64,000 nucleotides of DNA from Octopus sinensis (lineage: Eukaryota), in assembly GCF_006345805.1 (NCBI RefSeq), contig NC_043013.1:13640001-13704000 (forward strand), written 5' to 3'. The notes under the pieces are model-generated. The model was given only the letters and a program-made list of their open reading frames with translations, was not told the origin of the DNA and did not search any database. Below are positions 13,683-27,631 of this stretch, in pieces (positions within the stretch are counted from its first letter, which is position 1; every line of letters starts with the position of its first letter). Made by a program: the position numbers and the translations under genes.

Positions 13683-14417
13683 TATATATATATATATATA
13701 CGTGTTACGATTTAGTCCTTTTGCAACATTGAAATAGACCTTCCGGTACTTATGCCCTGTGTGATCATACCCTACTATTATTCATATATTCGGGTATATT
13801 TCTATTTGTATTTATTTTCCAACTGCTAATGCTCTCTGTCAATCAATTCACAGACTGACCATTTCCAAAGACACTCCTCTTTATGTCTGTCTTACATCCC
13901 CTTCCCTCTCTTCTGTACTTTCTTTCTCACCATCTTTCTTTCCTTTCTCTCCTCTATTGTTTTGAGGAGTATTTATTCCCCCTTTGTCATTTCTCTTAAA
14001 TATAATTTCAAACTATTTTCTTTACTTTTCACAGACTGACCATTTCCGAAGATAAACTTTTTATAGACCTCTTGCTTCCCCCTCCCTCTTTCATGTGCTT
14101 TCTCCTTCTCACCACGCTTACTTTCTGTCTCTCGTCTACTTTATGTTTTGGCGAGTATTTATTTATTTATTCATTAATTTATTTATTTATTATTTGTGTC
14201 TTTACTATTTCTCTTAACATGATTTTACTTTAAAATATTTTTAAATATTTTACTCTGCTTCTCCTTCTCACCACGCTTTACTTTCTGTCTCTCGTCTACT
14301 TTATGTTTTGGCGAGTATTTTATTTATTTATTCATTAATTTATTATTTATTATTTGTGTCTTTACTATTTCCTTAACATGATTTTACTTTAATATTTTTA
14401 ATATTACTCTTTTACTC

Positions 14418-14621
14418 TTTTACTTGTTTCAGTCATTTGACTGCTGCCATGCAAATCGACACCAGGACTTATTCTTTGTAAGCCTAGTACTTATTCTATC
14501 AGGGTCTTTTGCCGAACCGCTAGGTTACGGGGACGTAATCACACCAGCATCGGTTGTCAAGCGATGTTGGGGGGACAAACACGGACACGCAAACATATAC
14601 ACAAACACATACATATGTATG

Positions 14622-14661
<40 letters not shown>

Positions 14662-14815
14662 CTTCTTTCATTTTCCGTCTACCAAATCCACTGACAAGGC
14701 ATTGGTCAGCCCGAGGCTTTAGAAGACACTTTCCCAAGGCGCCACACAGTGGGACTGAACCCGGAACCATGTGGTTCGTAAGCAAGCCACTTACCACACA
14801 GCCACTCCTACGCCT
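14418..14815 (-). mobile_element. tRNA-derived SINE (unit copy 2)
   Basis: Near-identical to 3596-4072 with a ~23-bp deletion. Confidence 0.85.
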
Positions 14816-14875
14816 ATTTTGTTTAGGCGTATATAACGTAATGCATTAGGCGTATATAACGTGATGCAGTAAGAT

Positions 14876-14971
14876 GTTCCCTGATGATCCGTTGTTGTTA
14901 AGAATCCAGTCCACTTGAAACATCCAATGCAGCGTCGCAAAGAACTAGAATAGTGAAACGTACGTTGGAAC
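14876..14971 (+). ncRNA. Minimal type I hammerhead-like motif (unit copy 2)
   Basis: gttcc-CTGATGA...GAAACGTACGTT-ggaac, same as 4308-4402. Confidence 0.6.
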
Positions 14972-15739
14972 GAACAATCTAGCCTTGTGTTTATCGGAAT
15001 TGGTCATGCATATATATGCGTGTGTGTATGTTCGTGCAGGCGTAAATGTATTCGTAAATATTGACATACAGACTTAACATCGATAATTATTATTAAGATA
15101 TTGCTCAAAAATACGTTTCATCGCTGTCGAGCCTGTTGAGGGTGAGAGATATGAGTTACAGGAAAAGATAATTAACGGAATTATAATTGTTGGAAACTGT
15201 AGCGACACGGTATACAATGTTTTGATTAGCAGATATTTCTAATTAAATGAAAGTCTCCGCCCACATCACCTCGCAATTCGAAGGCAAAGCATTTGAAATC
15301 CACAAACGAGACATTGATAGGAATCATTAATAAGCGAAAGATAGAGTGAAGCCCTAGCAGTCTGAAAACATTTTAGGGTTACTGATTGCATGGGACTATT
15401 TTTCAGTTAAATTAGAAATTTTCTTTACAACCTTGATATGTAGCTATTTAGCTGCCCGTTTCAACATTGAAAAGAGAAGCAAATCACATACATACACACA
15501 ACGTGCATACATAGTTACATAGATATATACATACAAACATTCACACATAAATACCTACGTACATATACATATATACGTATATATCACATACATACATACA
15601 TACATACATACATACATGTATGCATGCATGCATATATAATAAACTGCCATGGTTGCTAGCTGCAAAGTGAAAGAAGTCGGAGTGTAGCATTACAGGGTTT
15701 GACAGGTATATATGAATCAGACACACAAACACTCACACA

Positions 15740-15777
<38 letters not shown>

Positions 15778-16955
15778 ACACAAACACACACACACACACT
15801 GACGCTCATACACAGAAGTATGCAGCGACATTCAATATCCTTATTGTCCCTTGTAATTCAAGTACCATGCAGTTTTGATATACTTCTTCGTATTCCATTT
15901 GAAACTCTCGTTCACATTCTCATAATTATTCGATGAATCATGTTCTGCTCTATTTTAAACAAACCTACACGTTGTATTATTATTTTTTCTTCCTTATTCA
16001 ATGAATAATCACAAATATCTTTGTATAGAAATCAACTTCTGTCTGGGCAAACGATATTTCATCACAGAAAAAAAAAAGCATTGAACTATATTCACGATAA
16101 ATGCAGGACAAAACAATGATAATCTTGGCAGCGTTTTCTGGAAGTGTGAATGTAGTCTTCGAAGAAGACTCAAAAGTACTCCTTATTTTGGTGAAGCATT
16201 ACCTGTAGGAGCGCAGACATTTACATTTTGGTATTGGGTATGTAAGGGAATATTAGGTGTTGGATTTAGCTATAAGCATTTAAAATCCTTTCAATTTAAT
16301 ACTATGATACATTGGTTGTTAGCTGCAAAGTGAAACAAGATGACAAATATCATAATAGGTTTGGACATGTAAATATATAAATAAAACACACACATACAGA
16401 TACAGGCACGCACTCACACATGTTCACATCTCTCACGCATAAAGCCACGTTCAGTCTCCTTTATCTCTCTCGGAATTCATGTACCACGCAGATTTATTTA
16501 ATTTGTTTGTATTCGATTTGAAATGTTTGTTGAAATTCTCATAAATACTCTGCCCTATTTTAAACATGCCCAGGCGTTGCCATGTTAACATCAACCTTAG
16601 GAACGAGAAATGCAGCAACAAATCATTAGCAATAAAGTTTAGGTTGAACCTATTTTCATAGGTATACACGTACTTGCCGTGCTCCCTATCTACCTGCCTA
16701 TATACATACACACACGCATATGCATACATACACACATACATGCATGCATGCATACATAGATACATACATATTACATGCATTCATACATACATAAATACCT
16801 ACCTACATGCACACATGCATGCATACATACATGCATATATATGTATACACTTTATTTTGTGTGTGTTCGTCTTTGGGTGTCTAAGCGACCTTCGATTTGG
16901 GTATATGTGTATATTTGTATAGATCTATCTTTTTCTCCCTGAAACAATATATATA

Positions 16956-17001
<46 letters not shown>

Positions 17002-17010
17002 TATAATATA

Positions 17011-17758
17011 CTAGCTGAGCTGACCCGCACTACGCGCGGGTAAGAGTGTGGCTGTTACTTTCTGTTGCTCTCCTTTCAGCACGTAAAAGCACCATCCGAA
17101 CGTGGCCGATTGCAGCGCGCCGCCTTGACTGGCTTCTGTGCCAGTGACACGTAAAAAGCACCAATCGATCGTTGCCGCTGCGAGCCCCCTTGGCGCCTGT
17201 GCCGGAGGCATGAAAAAGGCACCCACTACACTCACAGAGTGATTGGCGTTAGGAAGGTCATCCACCTGCAGAAACACTGCCAGATAAGACTGGAGCCTGG
17301 TGCAGCCTCCTGGATTCCCAGACCCCGGTCAAACTGTCCAACCCGTGCTAGCACAGAAAACGGACGTTAAACGATGATGAGGATGAGGATTCTCCCTCTT
17401 TGTTTTCTCTCTGCTTTCTCTCTCACTTTCTCATTCTCTCACTTTTCTTTGTCTCTGGACTCTCCTTCGCTTTCTCTTACTCTCTATTTTTTATCTATCT
17501 CTCCCATTTATAAACCAAAAAAGATCTTGAGTAGAGTTGAGAAATAAAATATTTAGAAAGAAACAATCTAATATCAGGCAGTGGCACGGAAAGGTCTGCT
17601 TCAAGGCAGACGGCAAAACTCTAACATTTAAAGGGCAGACGAACTTGCGAGCTGAATAAAAATAATAAAATATTGGAAAGCAAAGTTGAAAGGATAGAAT
17701 CTGAGTATATAGAGTCACCATGGCTGGCATTTCTTAGATGGACAGCAACGTATTGACA
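17011..17758 (-). mobile_element. Non-autonomous Helitron copy 2, 3' part only
   Basis: CTAG at 17011 with hairpin acccgcactacgcgcgggt. Similarity to the other copies stops at cgtattgaca (~17758), where Penelope-like DNA begins. Confidence 0.8.
17075..17390 (+). mobile_element. SINE 3' part with cacgtaaaaagcacc sub-repeats and (GAT)n tail, captured inside the Helitron (also 6390-6598 and 18845-19160)
   Basis: Recurring cacgtaaaaagcacc motif and an aaacggacgttaaacgatgatga tail. It occupies the same position in three Helitron copies. Confidence 0.7.
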
Positions 17759-18750
17759 TACCGGTCAATATATAAACACAAAACCGGGAAATATTCACAA
17801 ACGCGAATATGAACTGCAAAAGCAGAAATTTATTTACTGCATCAATGCCCAAATTGTGAAGAAATATATGTAGGTCAGACGGCAAACGCACTATTAGAAC
17901 GCTCACGTGTACACCGGCAACAGATTAGAGACCCAGGGGTCCGTCAGATACCTTTGAGTAACCACCTAGCAACATGTGGTCGGAAAATATATTAATATTT
18001 CCATTCTACAAATTACACAGCCCAAGTGAAATCGAGAGGAAAATCAGAGAAAAGAATTTTATTGATAATTCGAACCCAAGCTAAATAAGCAATAATAATA
18101 ATACTTAGAGGTATTACTTCCACTGCTACGACCATGACCACTAACAACAACAATACTAAAGGTGATCAAGACGAAGATAGCAGGAAAATTATCTTATTTA
18201 GGGTTAAAGTTCTATTGCCACCCCCCATCACCACTAGCAACAATAATTAAGTTGCTGACAATGATGATGATGACATTGAAATATAAAAAATAAAAATCTC
18301 TGACAAAGGATATTTACAACATTCTAAAATAACCCAACAATTGCTGCTTCGGCCAGGGTCAAGATACAGGACTCTTGACATGTCCAACAAGCGTGATGCC
18401 TAAACAAATCAGCTCAACCAACCAATCAGCTTAAGTAATTGAGTGATACTACACACTGATTGATCAGAATACAGTTTGCAAAACTAGCACTCTGGAGCTA
18501 CCCAGCTTTATTTATAGCACAGAATCAATCATCTTGCTACAGTCAAAATTGTGAAGCATGACTGTCAACACTACTACATGAACCCGAAGATTGCAGAATT
18601 CAATGCATGAAAGTACTAGTTCATCAGAATGAATATTTAACATTCTACGATTTCATTTTATTTTATTCAATTATAATATATTATCTTATAATATATCATT
18701 ATAAGATTGTAAATAAAACGTGAAAATCAGACAAGGCTGAATTCTTTTTA
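17759..18750 (+). mobile_element. Penelope-like element 3' fragment: GIY-YIG endonuclease remnant plus pseudo-LTR
   Basis: Frameshifted translation from ~17808 reads MNCKSRNL..C..CPNCEEIYVGQTANALLER..HRQQIRDP..RQIPLSNHLATCG. A hammerhead motif follows downstream. Confidence 0.75.
18578..18624 (+). ncRNA. Minimal type I hammerhead ribozyme in the Penelope-like pseudo-LTR
   Basis: atgaac-CCGAAGA-t-tgca-gaattcaa-tgca-t-GAAA-GTAC-T-A-gttcat: 6-bp stem I, 4-bp stem II, palindromic stem III AGTACT, one core substitution (U4>C). Confidence 0.75.
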
Positions 18751-18781
18751 TTAATATATATATATATATGTGTATATACTA

Positions 18782-21055
18782 CTAGCTGAAGGTGACCCGC
18801 CTTACGCGCGGGTAAAAGTGTGGTTGTTACTTTCTGTTGCTTCCTTTCAGCACATAAAAAGCACCATACGAACCTGGCCGATTGCAGCGCCGCCTTGACT
18901 GGATTCTATGCCCGTTGCACGTAAAAAGCACCAAGCTATCGTTGGCGCTGCGAGGCCGCTTGGCACCTGTGCCGGAGGCACGATAAATGCGCCCTCTACA
19001 CTCACAGAGTCGCTGGCGTTAGGAAGTTCATCCACCTGTAGAAACACTGCCAGATCAGACTAGAGCCTGGTGCAGGCTCCTGGATTCCCAGACCCCGGTC
19101 AAACTATCCAACCCGTGCTAGCACGGAAAACGGACGTTAAACGATGATGATGATGATGATTCTCCCTCTTTGTTTATCTCTCCTTTCTCTCTCACTTTTC
19201 CACTCTCTCACTTTTCTTATCTCTCGGATTCTCCCTCGCTTTCTCTTACTCTCTATTTTTATCTATCTCTCTCCCATTTATAAACAACAAAAGATCTTGA
19301 GTAAGTTGAGAAATAAAATATTTAGAAAGATCAATCATAAATATCAGGCAGTGGCAACGGAAAGGTCTGCTTCAAGGCAGACGGCAAAACTCTAACATTT
19401 AAAGGGGACAGACGAACTTGCGAGCTGAATAAAAATAATAAAATATTGGAAAGCAAAGTTTGAAGGGATAGAATCTGAGTATATTAGAGTCACCATGGCT
19501 AGCATTTCTTAATGACGGAAAGCAACGTATTGACAGTTTAACGGCTGGCGTAAAATTTGCAACAAGATGTAAAAGAAAATTCGTAAACACCAACATTGAA
19601 GTGATTCTTTCTCACCAGTAGACTCACCATGGCAAGCATTCAAAAACCTCTTCATCATGGACGGCAACACTTTGAAGATTAAAGGGTGGCTGGGCAATTT
19701 TTTTAGCTTGATGTAACAGAGAATTCCTAAATACTCGCTCCTTTAAATTTTAATCCCCTTCCAGCCCCATTTATACCCCTTTTCACATTTTGGTTAATAT
19801 AACCCGATTTCATTCGGGTCTACTAGGGCTACATTTTATAAGGTGAGGAATTTTGTCCTAGAGGTCACGCCTTTCATTTGAGGAAAAAATAGTTGTCATG
19901 CAAACTTGCCAGCTCTTTTAACCCTTTCGTTACCAAACCGCCCAAAGCCGCCCGAAAAAAATTTTGGTTAATGTGACCACACGCCAAAACCCGCCCGTAT
20001 TTTCCTATTTATATTTAAATGAGAATATCAGAGCAAATCTCTTTATTACATTCGTGAAAACACGTGATTATACTTCGTAAACAGTTCATCTACAGTTTTG
20101 TACAACGATCGAAGTGTAATTTTAATTCCGTGAATTTTCGGGGGGTTTTTTCCGAAATTTGTTCCTATTGTGTTTTCAAAATTTGTAATTCTGACAAAAA
20201 ATGGATACGAATTTCATCATCAAGCAGCGAGTCAGAATTCGAATCGATTTCTACTGAAGACCTTGATAAATCTAACTCTATGACTGAAAAAAAACCCGCA
20301 CGTGGTATTTATAATGAATCTGATGTTTCATTTTCCGAAAGTGAAAACAGTGAATCTGAGAGCTCCGACAGCGATAAAGAAAATGAATTGGCACCTGAAT
20401 GGAGTGAAAATTGAAAATCTGTTTCTTTCGGTGATTTCTCTGAGAAAACTGGACCGAGCCACAGACTTTCCCAGGAGAGTAAAGCCTTAGACTATTTCTT
20501 TTTACTTTTTCGAATGAGCCTATTTGACATCATTACGGCGGAAACGAACCGTTACGCTAAACGTAAACAAAGCGAAAGAAAGGATAGTTAGTGGTTTCCC
20601 ACAACCTTAAATGAAATTAAGACTATTTAGCCATAAATATTATTATGGGTATCAGAAAGTTACCAGAATAACAAATTCTGTCGTAGAATTTTGTTGTATA
20701 TCCAATTGAATATTAGCTAATAACCCATTTTATATAGCGATGTTTGAACAAAATTCTAATAATTTTATATTTTGTTGAATTAACTGTATCTACCTGCAAT
20801 TAGAGTCACTTTGTGACAAAATTATAGTATAGAATTGGTTGAGAACATTTCATTAAATTATCTTCCAAAATCACATTAAAATATTGATAAATAAAAAGTT
20901 ATAGTTGTTTAATGAAACCAAAGTAAATTTATGATTATGTTAGAAATTAATTGAAAACACATAAGGTGTGTATTTTTGGTCAGAAATATAGTAACGAAAG
21001 GGTTCATAGGAGTGCATATTTTCACTGACCGACGGACCACATAAAGCACACATTA

Positions 21056-21128
<73 letters not shown>

Positions 21129-21880
21129 GTGTATATATGTGTGTGTGTGTGTGTTTGTGGTGTGTTGTGTGTGTGTGTGTGTGTGTGTGTGGTGCACGCA
21201 TTATATTACAAATTATATATATATATATGTATAAATTAAATTAGAATAAAACCACTAATAGGGAAAAAAACAAAAACAAAACATAAAAATAAAATATATA
21301 TAGAAATATATAAATAGAAAAATTTAAGTTATTTAAATTTAAAATAAAATTATTAAATTTTTTATAATTTGTTTAAAAATATATAAATATCAATAAGTAT
21401 TAAAGGTTTAATATACATAATTCAGATTATACACTTTGTATATTTACATTATATATACATATTATATATCGAACACACACACACACACATATATAAATGA
21501 ACACAATGAATATCTGATTCATAATATTGTTCTCATGATTGTGTGTTGTTGGTGGCAATGATAATTCTCCCTATGAATGCAGGCAGATCGATCAATGAAC
21601 GCCGTGTGACGAACTTATAAGGAAAAGTGAAAGGGATTTGAAGGGAATACATTAAATACAGGAGTGGACTTTGTCAAAGTTATAGCTGAAGGGAGTAAGA
21701 GGGGAATAGAGAAATAGCGTGAGTGAGAAGAAATGGCTTCTAGCAACCCACCTTTTTTAGATAGGATTTCTAACGTAGCCCATAGGCATCGTCACCTCAT
21801 TCTACATGCCCCTGTAAATTCTAGAGCGAATCGGACGGGACGTTGTGGCATTGAAGCGAGCCAAACGGTTAAAATACATA
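18782..21880 (-). mobile_element. Non-autonomous Helitron copy 3, near complete (~3.1 kb)
   Basis: A|CTAG at 18782 with hairpin acccgccttacgcgcgggt. Collinear with 6389-9200 up to gccaaacggt(t)aaaat at ~21875. Confidence 0.8.
19922..21002 (+). mobile_element. Internally deleted piggyBac-like element (copy 2)
   Basis: TTAA|CCCTTTCGTTAC ... GTAACGAAAGGG|TTCA, a perfect 12-bp TIR. Confidence 0.87.
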
Positions 21881-21882
21881 TA

Positions 21883-21899
<17 letters not shown>

Positions 21900-21913
<14 letters not shown>

Positions 21914-23930
21914 ATTTGTAATTATACTGCGTGCACACACACACACACACACACCCACACCACACACACACAACACACACAATATATATATATATATTAT
22001 ATATATATGTATATATATATATATATATAAATATATATACATATATATATGTTATATATATATGATATATATATAATGTGTGCATTATATGGTCTGTCGG
22101 TTCAGCTGAAAATATGCACACCTATGAACCCCTTCGTTACTATATTTCTGACCAAAATACACCCCTTATGTGTTTCAATTATTTCTAACATAATCATAAA
22201 TTTAGTTTGTTTTCATTAAACAAATATAACTTTTTATTTATCAATATTTTAATGTGATTTTTGGAAGATAATTTAATGAAATGTTCTCAAACAATTCTAT
22301 ACTATAATTTTTTTCACAAAGTGATTCTAATTGCAGGTAGATACAGGTAAATTCAATAAAATATGAAATTATTAAAATTTTGTTCAAACATCGCTATAGA
22401 AAATGGATTATTAGCTAATATTCAATTGGGTATACAACAAAATTTTACGATAGAATTTGTTATTCTGGGTAACTTTCTGATACCCATAATAATATCTATG
22501 GCAAAATAGTCTTAATTTCATTTAAGATTGTGGGAAACCACTAACTATCCTTTCTTTCGCTTTGTTTACGTTTAGCGTAACGGTTCGTTTCCGCCATAAT
22601 GATTTCAAATAGGCTCATTCGAAAAAGTAAAAAGAAATAGTCTAAGGCTTTACTCTTCTGGGAAAGTCTGTGGCTTGGTCCAGTTTCCTCAGAAAAATCA
22701 AGGAAAGAAACAGTTTTTAAATTTTCACTCCATTCAGGTGCCAATTCATTTTCTTTATCGCAGTCGGAGCTCTCGGATTCACTGTTTTCACTTTTGGAAA
22801 ATTAAACATCAGATTCATTATCAAATACTACGTGCTGTTATTTTTTCAGTCATAGAGTTAGATTTATCAAAGTCTTCAGTTGAAAATCCTTCGAATTCTG
22901 ACTCGCCGCTTGATATGATGAAATTCGTATCCATTTTTAGTCAGAATTACAAATTTTGAAAACACAATAGGAACAAATTTGTGAAAAAAATTTCCCAAAA
23001 TTCACGGAATTTAAATTACACTTCGATCATTGTACAAAACTGTAGATGAACTGTTTAAGAAGCATAATCACGTGTTTTCACGAATGTAATAAAGAGATTT
23101 GCTCTGATAATCTCATTTAAATATAAATAGGTAAATACGGTAAATATATATGTATGTGTTTGTGTATATGTTTGCGTGTCTGTGTTTGTCCCCCCAACAT
23201 CGCTTGACAACCGATGCGCGTGTGTTTACGTCCCCGTAACTTAGCGGTTCGGCAGAAGACCCCAATAGAATAAGTACTAGGCTTACAAACAATAAGTCCT
23301 GGTGTCGATTTGCTCGTCTAAAGGCAGTGCTCCAGCATGGCAGCAGTCAAATGACTGAAACAAGTAAGAGAGTAAAAGAGTAAAAAGAGTAAAATATTTT
23401 AAAATAAAATCATGTTAAGAGAAAGAGTAAAGACACAAACAATAAATAAATAAATGAATAAATAAATGAATAAATAAATACTCTCTAAAATATAAAGTAG
23501 ACGAGAGACAGAAAGTAAGCGTGGTGAGAAGGAAAAAGCACATGAAAGAGGGAGGGGAAAGGAAGTGGACTATAAAAAGTTTGTCTTTGGAAATGGTCAG
23601 TCTGTGAAAAGTAAAAATCGTTTGAAATTATATTTAAGAGAAATGATAAAGGGAGAATAAATACTCCTCAAACAATAGAGGAGAGAAAGGAAAGAAAGAT
23701 GGTGAGAAAGAAAGTTCAGAAGAGAGGGAGGGGGATGTAAGACAGATATGAGATGGGTGTCTTTGGAATGGTCAGTCTGTGAATTGATTGACAGAGAGCA
23801 TTAGCAGTTGGAAAATAAATAGAAATAGAAATATACCCGAATATATGAATAATAGTAGGGGATGATCATATAGGGCATAAGTACCGGAAGGTCTGTTTCA
23901 ATGTTGCAAAAAGAACTAAATCGTAACACG

Positions 23931-23989
<59 letters not shown>

Positions 23990-24099
23990 CCTATATATAA
24001 ACTGAAATACATTTTTACCGTTTGCCTCGCTTTCAATGCCACAACGTTCCGTCCGATTCGCTCTAAAATTTACAGGGACATGAGGAATGTCCCTGTAAA
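21900..24099 (-). repeat. Inverted composite block: piggyBac/Helitron part (21900-23140) + SINE/unit start (23140-23930) + Helitron 5' end (23990-24081)
   Basis: Reverse complement of ~24540-25700 and ~26300-27210. ORF 22541..22744 is the piggyBac fragment on the minus strand. Confidence 0.85.
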
Positions 24100-25585
24100 A
24101 TATTCAACTTGATGTAAAAGAAAATTCGTTAACACCAACTTTTGAGGTGATTCTTTCTCACGACAGTAGTCTCACCATGGCATTATTCAAAACCTCTTCA
24201 TCATGGACGGCAACACATTGAAGATTTAAAGGCTGGCGCAAATTTTTTAGCTTGATGTAACAGAGAATTCCTAAATACTCGCTCCTTTAAATTTTAATCC
24301 CCTTCCAGCCCCATTTATACCCCTTTTCACATTTTGGTTAATATAACCCGATTTCATTCGGGTCTACTGGGGCCACATTTTATGAGATGAGGAATTTTGT
24401 CCTAGAGGTCAAGCCTTTCAATTGAGGAAAAAATAGTTGTCATGCAAACTTGCCAGCACTTTTATCCCTTTCGTTACCAAACCGCCAAAAGCCGCCCGAA
24501 AAAGTTTTTGGTTAATGTGACCACACCGCCCAAACCCTCCCGTATTTTCCTATTTATATTTAAATGAGAATATCAGAGCAAATCTCTTTATTACATTCGT
24601 GAAAACACGTGATTATGCTTCGTAAACAGTTCATCTACAGTTTTATACAAAGATCGAAGTGTAATTTTAATTCCGTGAATTTTGGGAGATTTTTTTCACA
24701 AATTTGTTCCTATTGTGTTTTCAAAATTTGTAATTCTGACAAAAAATGGATACGAATTTCATCATATCAAGCGGCGAGTCAGAATTCGAAGGATTTTCAA
24801 CTGAAGACTTTGATAAATCTAACACTATGACTGAAAAAAAACAGCACGTGGTATTTGATAATGAATCTGATGTTTCATTTTCCAAAAGTGAAAACAGTGA
24901 ATCCAAGAGCTCCGACAGCGATAAAGAAAATGAATTGGCACCTGAATGGAGTGAAAATTTAAAAACTGTTTCTTTCCTTGATTTTTCTGAAGAAACTGGA
25001 CCAAGCCACAGACTTTCCCAGAAGAGTAAAGCTTTAGACTATTTCTTTTTACTTTTTCGAATCATTATGGCGGAAACGAACCGTTACGCTAAACGTTAAC
25101 AAAGCGAAAGAAAGGATAGTTAGTGGTTTCCCACAATCTTAAATGAAATTAAGACTATTTTGCCATAGATATTATTATGGGTATCAGAAAGTTACCCAGA
25201 ATAACAAATTCTATCGTAAAATTTTGTTGTATACCCAATTGAATATTAGCTAATAACCCATTTTCTATAGCGATGTTTGAACAAAATTTTAATAATTATA
25301 TATTTTGTTGAATTTACCTTTATCTACCTGCAATTAGAGTCACTTTGTGAAAAAAATTATAGTATAGAATTGTTTGTGAACATTTCATTAAATTATCTTC
25401 CAAAAGTCACATTAAAATATTGATAAATAAAAATGTTATAGTTGTTTAATGAAACCAAACTAAATTTATGATTATGTTAGAAATTAATTGAAACACATAA
25501 GAGGTGTATTTTAGTCAGAAATATAGTAACGAAAGTCTTCATAGGTGTGCATATTTTCAGCTGAACCGACCGACCATATAATGCA

Positions 25586-25626
<41 letters not shown>

Positions 25627-26381
25627 CATATATATAATATATATAAGTGTGTGTGTGTGTGTGTGTGTGTGCACGCACTATAATTACAAATTATATATAT
25701 ATATGTATAAATTAAATTAGAGATAAAACCACTAATAGGCAAAAAAACAAAAACAAAAACATAAAAATAAAAATATCATAGAGAAAATATATAAAATTGA
25801 AAAATTTAGACTTCTTAAATTTAAAATAAAAATTATTAAATTTTATTTATAATTTGTTTAAAAATATATATAACTATCAAAAAGTATTAAAAAGTTTAAT
25901 ATACATAAATACAGATATATACACTTTGTATATTTACATTATATATACATATTTATATATCGAACACACACACACACACACATATATAAATGAACGCAAT
26001 GTATATCTGTTTCATAATATTTGTTCTCATGATTGTGTGTTGTTGGTGGCAATGATAATTCTCCCTGTGATTTCAGGCAGATCGATCAAAGAACGCCGTG
26101 TGACGAACTTATAAAGGAAAAGTGAAAGGGATTTGAAGGGAATACATTAAATAACGGGAGTGGATAATGTCAAAGTTATATTTGAAGGAAGTAAGAGGGG
26201 AATGGAGGAAATAGCGTGCGTGAGAAAGATGGCCCCTAGCAACCACACCTTTTAAGATAGGGATTTCTAACGTAGCCACAGGCATCATCTCCTCGTTCTA
26301 CATGTCCCTGTAAATTCTAGAGCGAATCGGACGGGACGTTGTGGCATTGAAAGCCAGCCAAACGGTAAAAATGCATTTCAG

Positions 26382-26400
<19 letters not shown>
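24100..26400 (-). mobile_element. Non-autonomous Helitron copy 4 (3' portion missing)
   Basis: Collinear with 6990-9200. The 5' end ...aaatgcatttcagtttttata runs into (TA)n. Confidence 0.75.
24466..25537 (+). mobile_element. Internally deleted piggyBac-like element (copy 4), with the longest transposase remnant ORF at 24746..25099
   Basis: TTAT|CCCTTTCGTTAC ... GTAACGAAAGTC|TTCA; MDTNFIISSGESEFEGF...ALDYFFLLFRIIMAETNRYAKR. Confidence 0.83.
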
Positions 26401-26420
<20 letters not shown>

Positions 26421-26984
26421 GTGGTACGATTTAGTCCTTTTGCAACATTGAAATATACCTTCCGGTACTTTTGCCCTGTATGATCATACCCTACTATTAT
26501 TCATATATTCGGGTATATTTCTATTTCTATTTATTTTCCAACTGCTAATGCTCTCTGTCAATCAATTCACAGACTGACCATTTCCAAAGACACCCATCTT
26601 CATGTCTGTCTTATATCCCCCTCCCTCTCTTCTGAACTTTCTTTCTCACCATCTTTCTTTCCTTTCTCTCCTCTTTTGTTTTGAGGAGTATTTATTCTCC
26701 CTTTATCATTTCTCTTAAATATAATTTCAAACGATTTTCTTTACTTTTCACAGACTGACCATTTCCAAAGACAAACTTTTTATAGTCCACTTCCTACCCC
26801 TTCCCTCTTTCATGTGCTTTTTCCTTCTCACCACGCTTACTTTCTGTCTCTCGTCTACTTTATATTTTGGAGAGTATTTATTTATTTATTTATTTATTCA
26901 TTTATTTATTTATTATTAGTGTCTTTACTATTTCTCTTAACATGATTTTATTTTAAAATATTTTACTCTTTTTACTCTTTTACT

Positions 26985-27200
26985 CTCTTACTTGTTTCAG
27001 TCATTTGACTGCTGCCATGCTGGAGCACTGCCTTTAGTCGAGCAAATCGACACCAGGACTTGTATGTAAGCCTAGTACTTATTCTATCGGGGTCTTTTGC
27101 CGAACCGCTAAGTTACGGGGACGTAAACACACCAGCATCGGTTGTCAAGCGATGTTGGGGGGACAAACACAGACACGCAAACATATACACAAACACATAC

Positions 27201-27233
<33 letters not shown>

Positions 27234-27397
27234 CATACGACAGGCTTCTTTCATTTTCCGTCTACCAAATCCACTGACAAGGCATTGGTCAGCCTGAGGC
27301 TATAGAAGACACTTGCCCAAGGCGCCACACAGTGGGACTGAACCCGGAACCATGTGGTTCGTAAGCAAGCTACTTACCACACAGCCACTCCTACGCC
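26985..27397 (-). mobile_element. tRNA-derived SINE (unit copy 3)
   Basis: Near-identical to 3596-4072. Confidence 0.85.
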
Positions 27398-27631
27398 TAT
27401 TTTGTTTTATCTTTATTCAGTTTTCCAGTTCAGTTCTTCTCATCTTTCATTCTTTCATTTTATAATTACAATATTGTCGTTTTCTCTCTCACATTTTTCT
27501 TTCTTTCTTCGTCTCCCTTTATCTTTCTCTGATCATATCTTTTTCATCCTTTCTTCTCAAAATTTTTATAAAATCTCGCGCCATCTGCCCAACTCAAGAC
27601 ATTAGGCGTATATAACGTGATGCAGTAAGAT

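Noticed and set aside
17075-17230. CRISPR-like array of cacgtaaaaagcacc repeats with spacers
   Set aside because: Only three short imperfect repeats, internal to a SINE, in eukaryotic context with no cas genes.
24746-25099. Domesticated PGBD host gene
   Set aside because: Lacks the catalytic DDD region, lies within TIRs and is disrupted differently in each copy.
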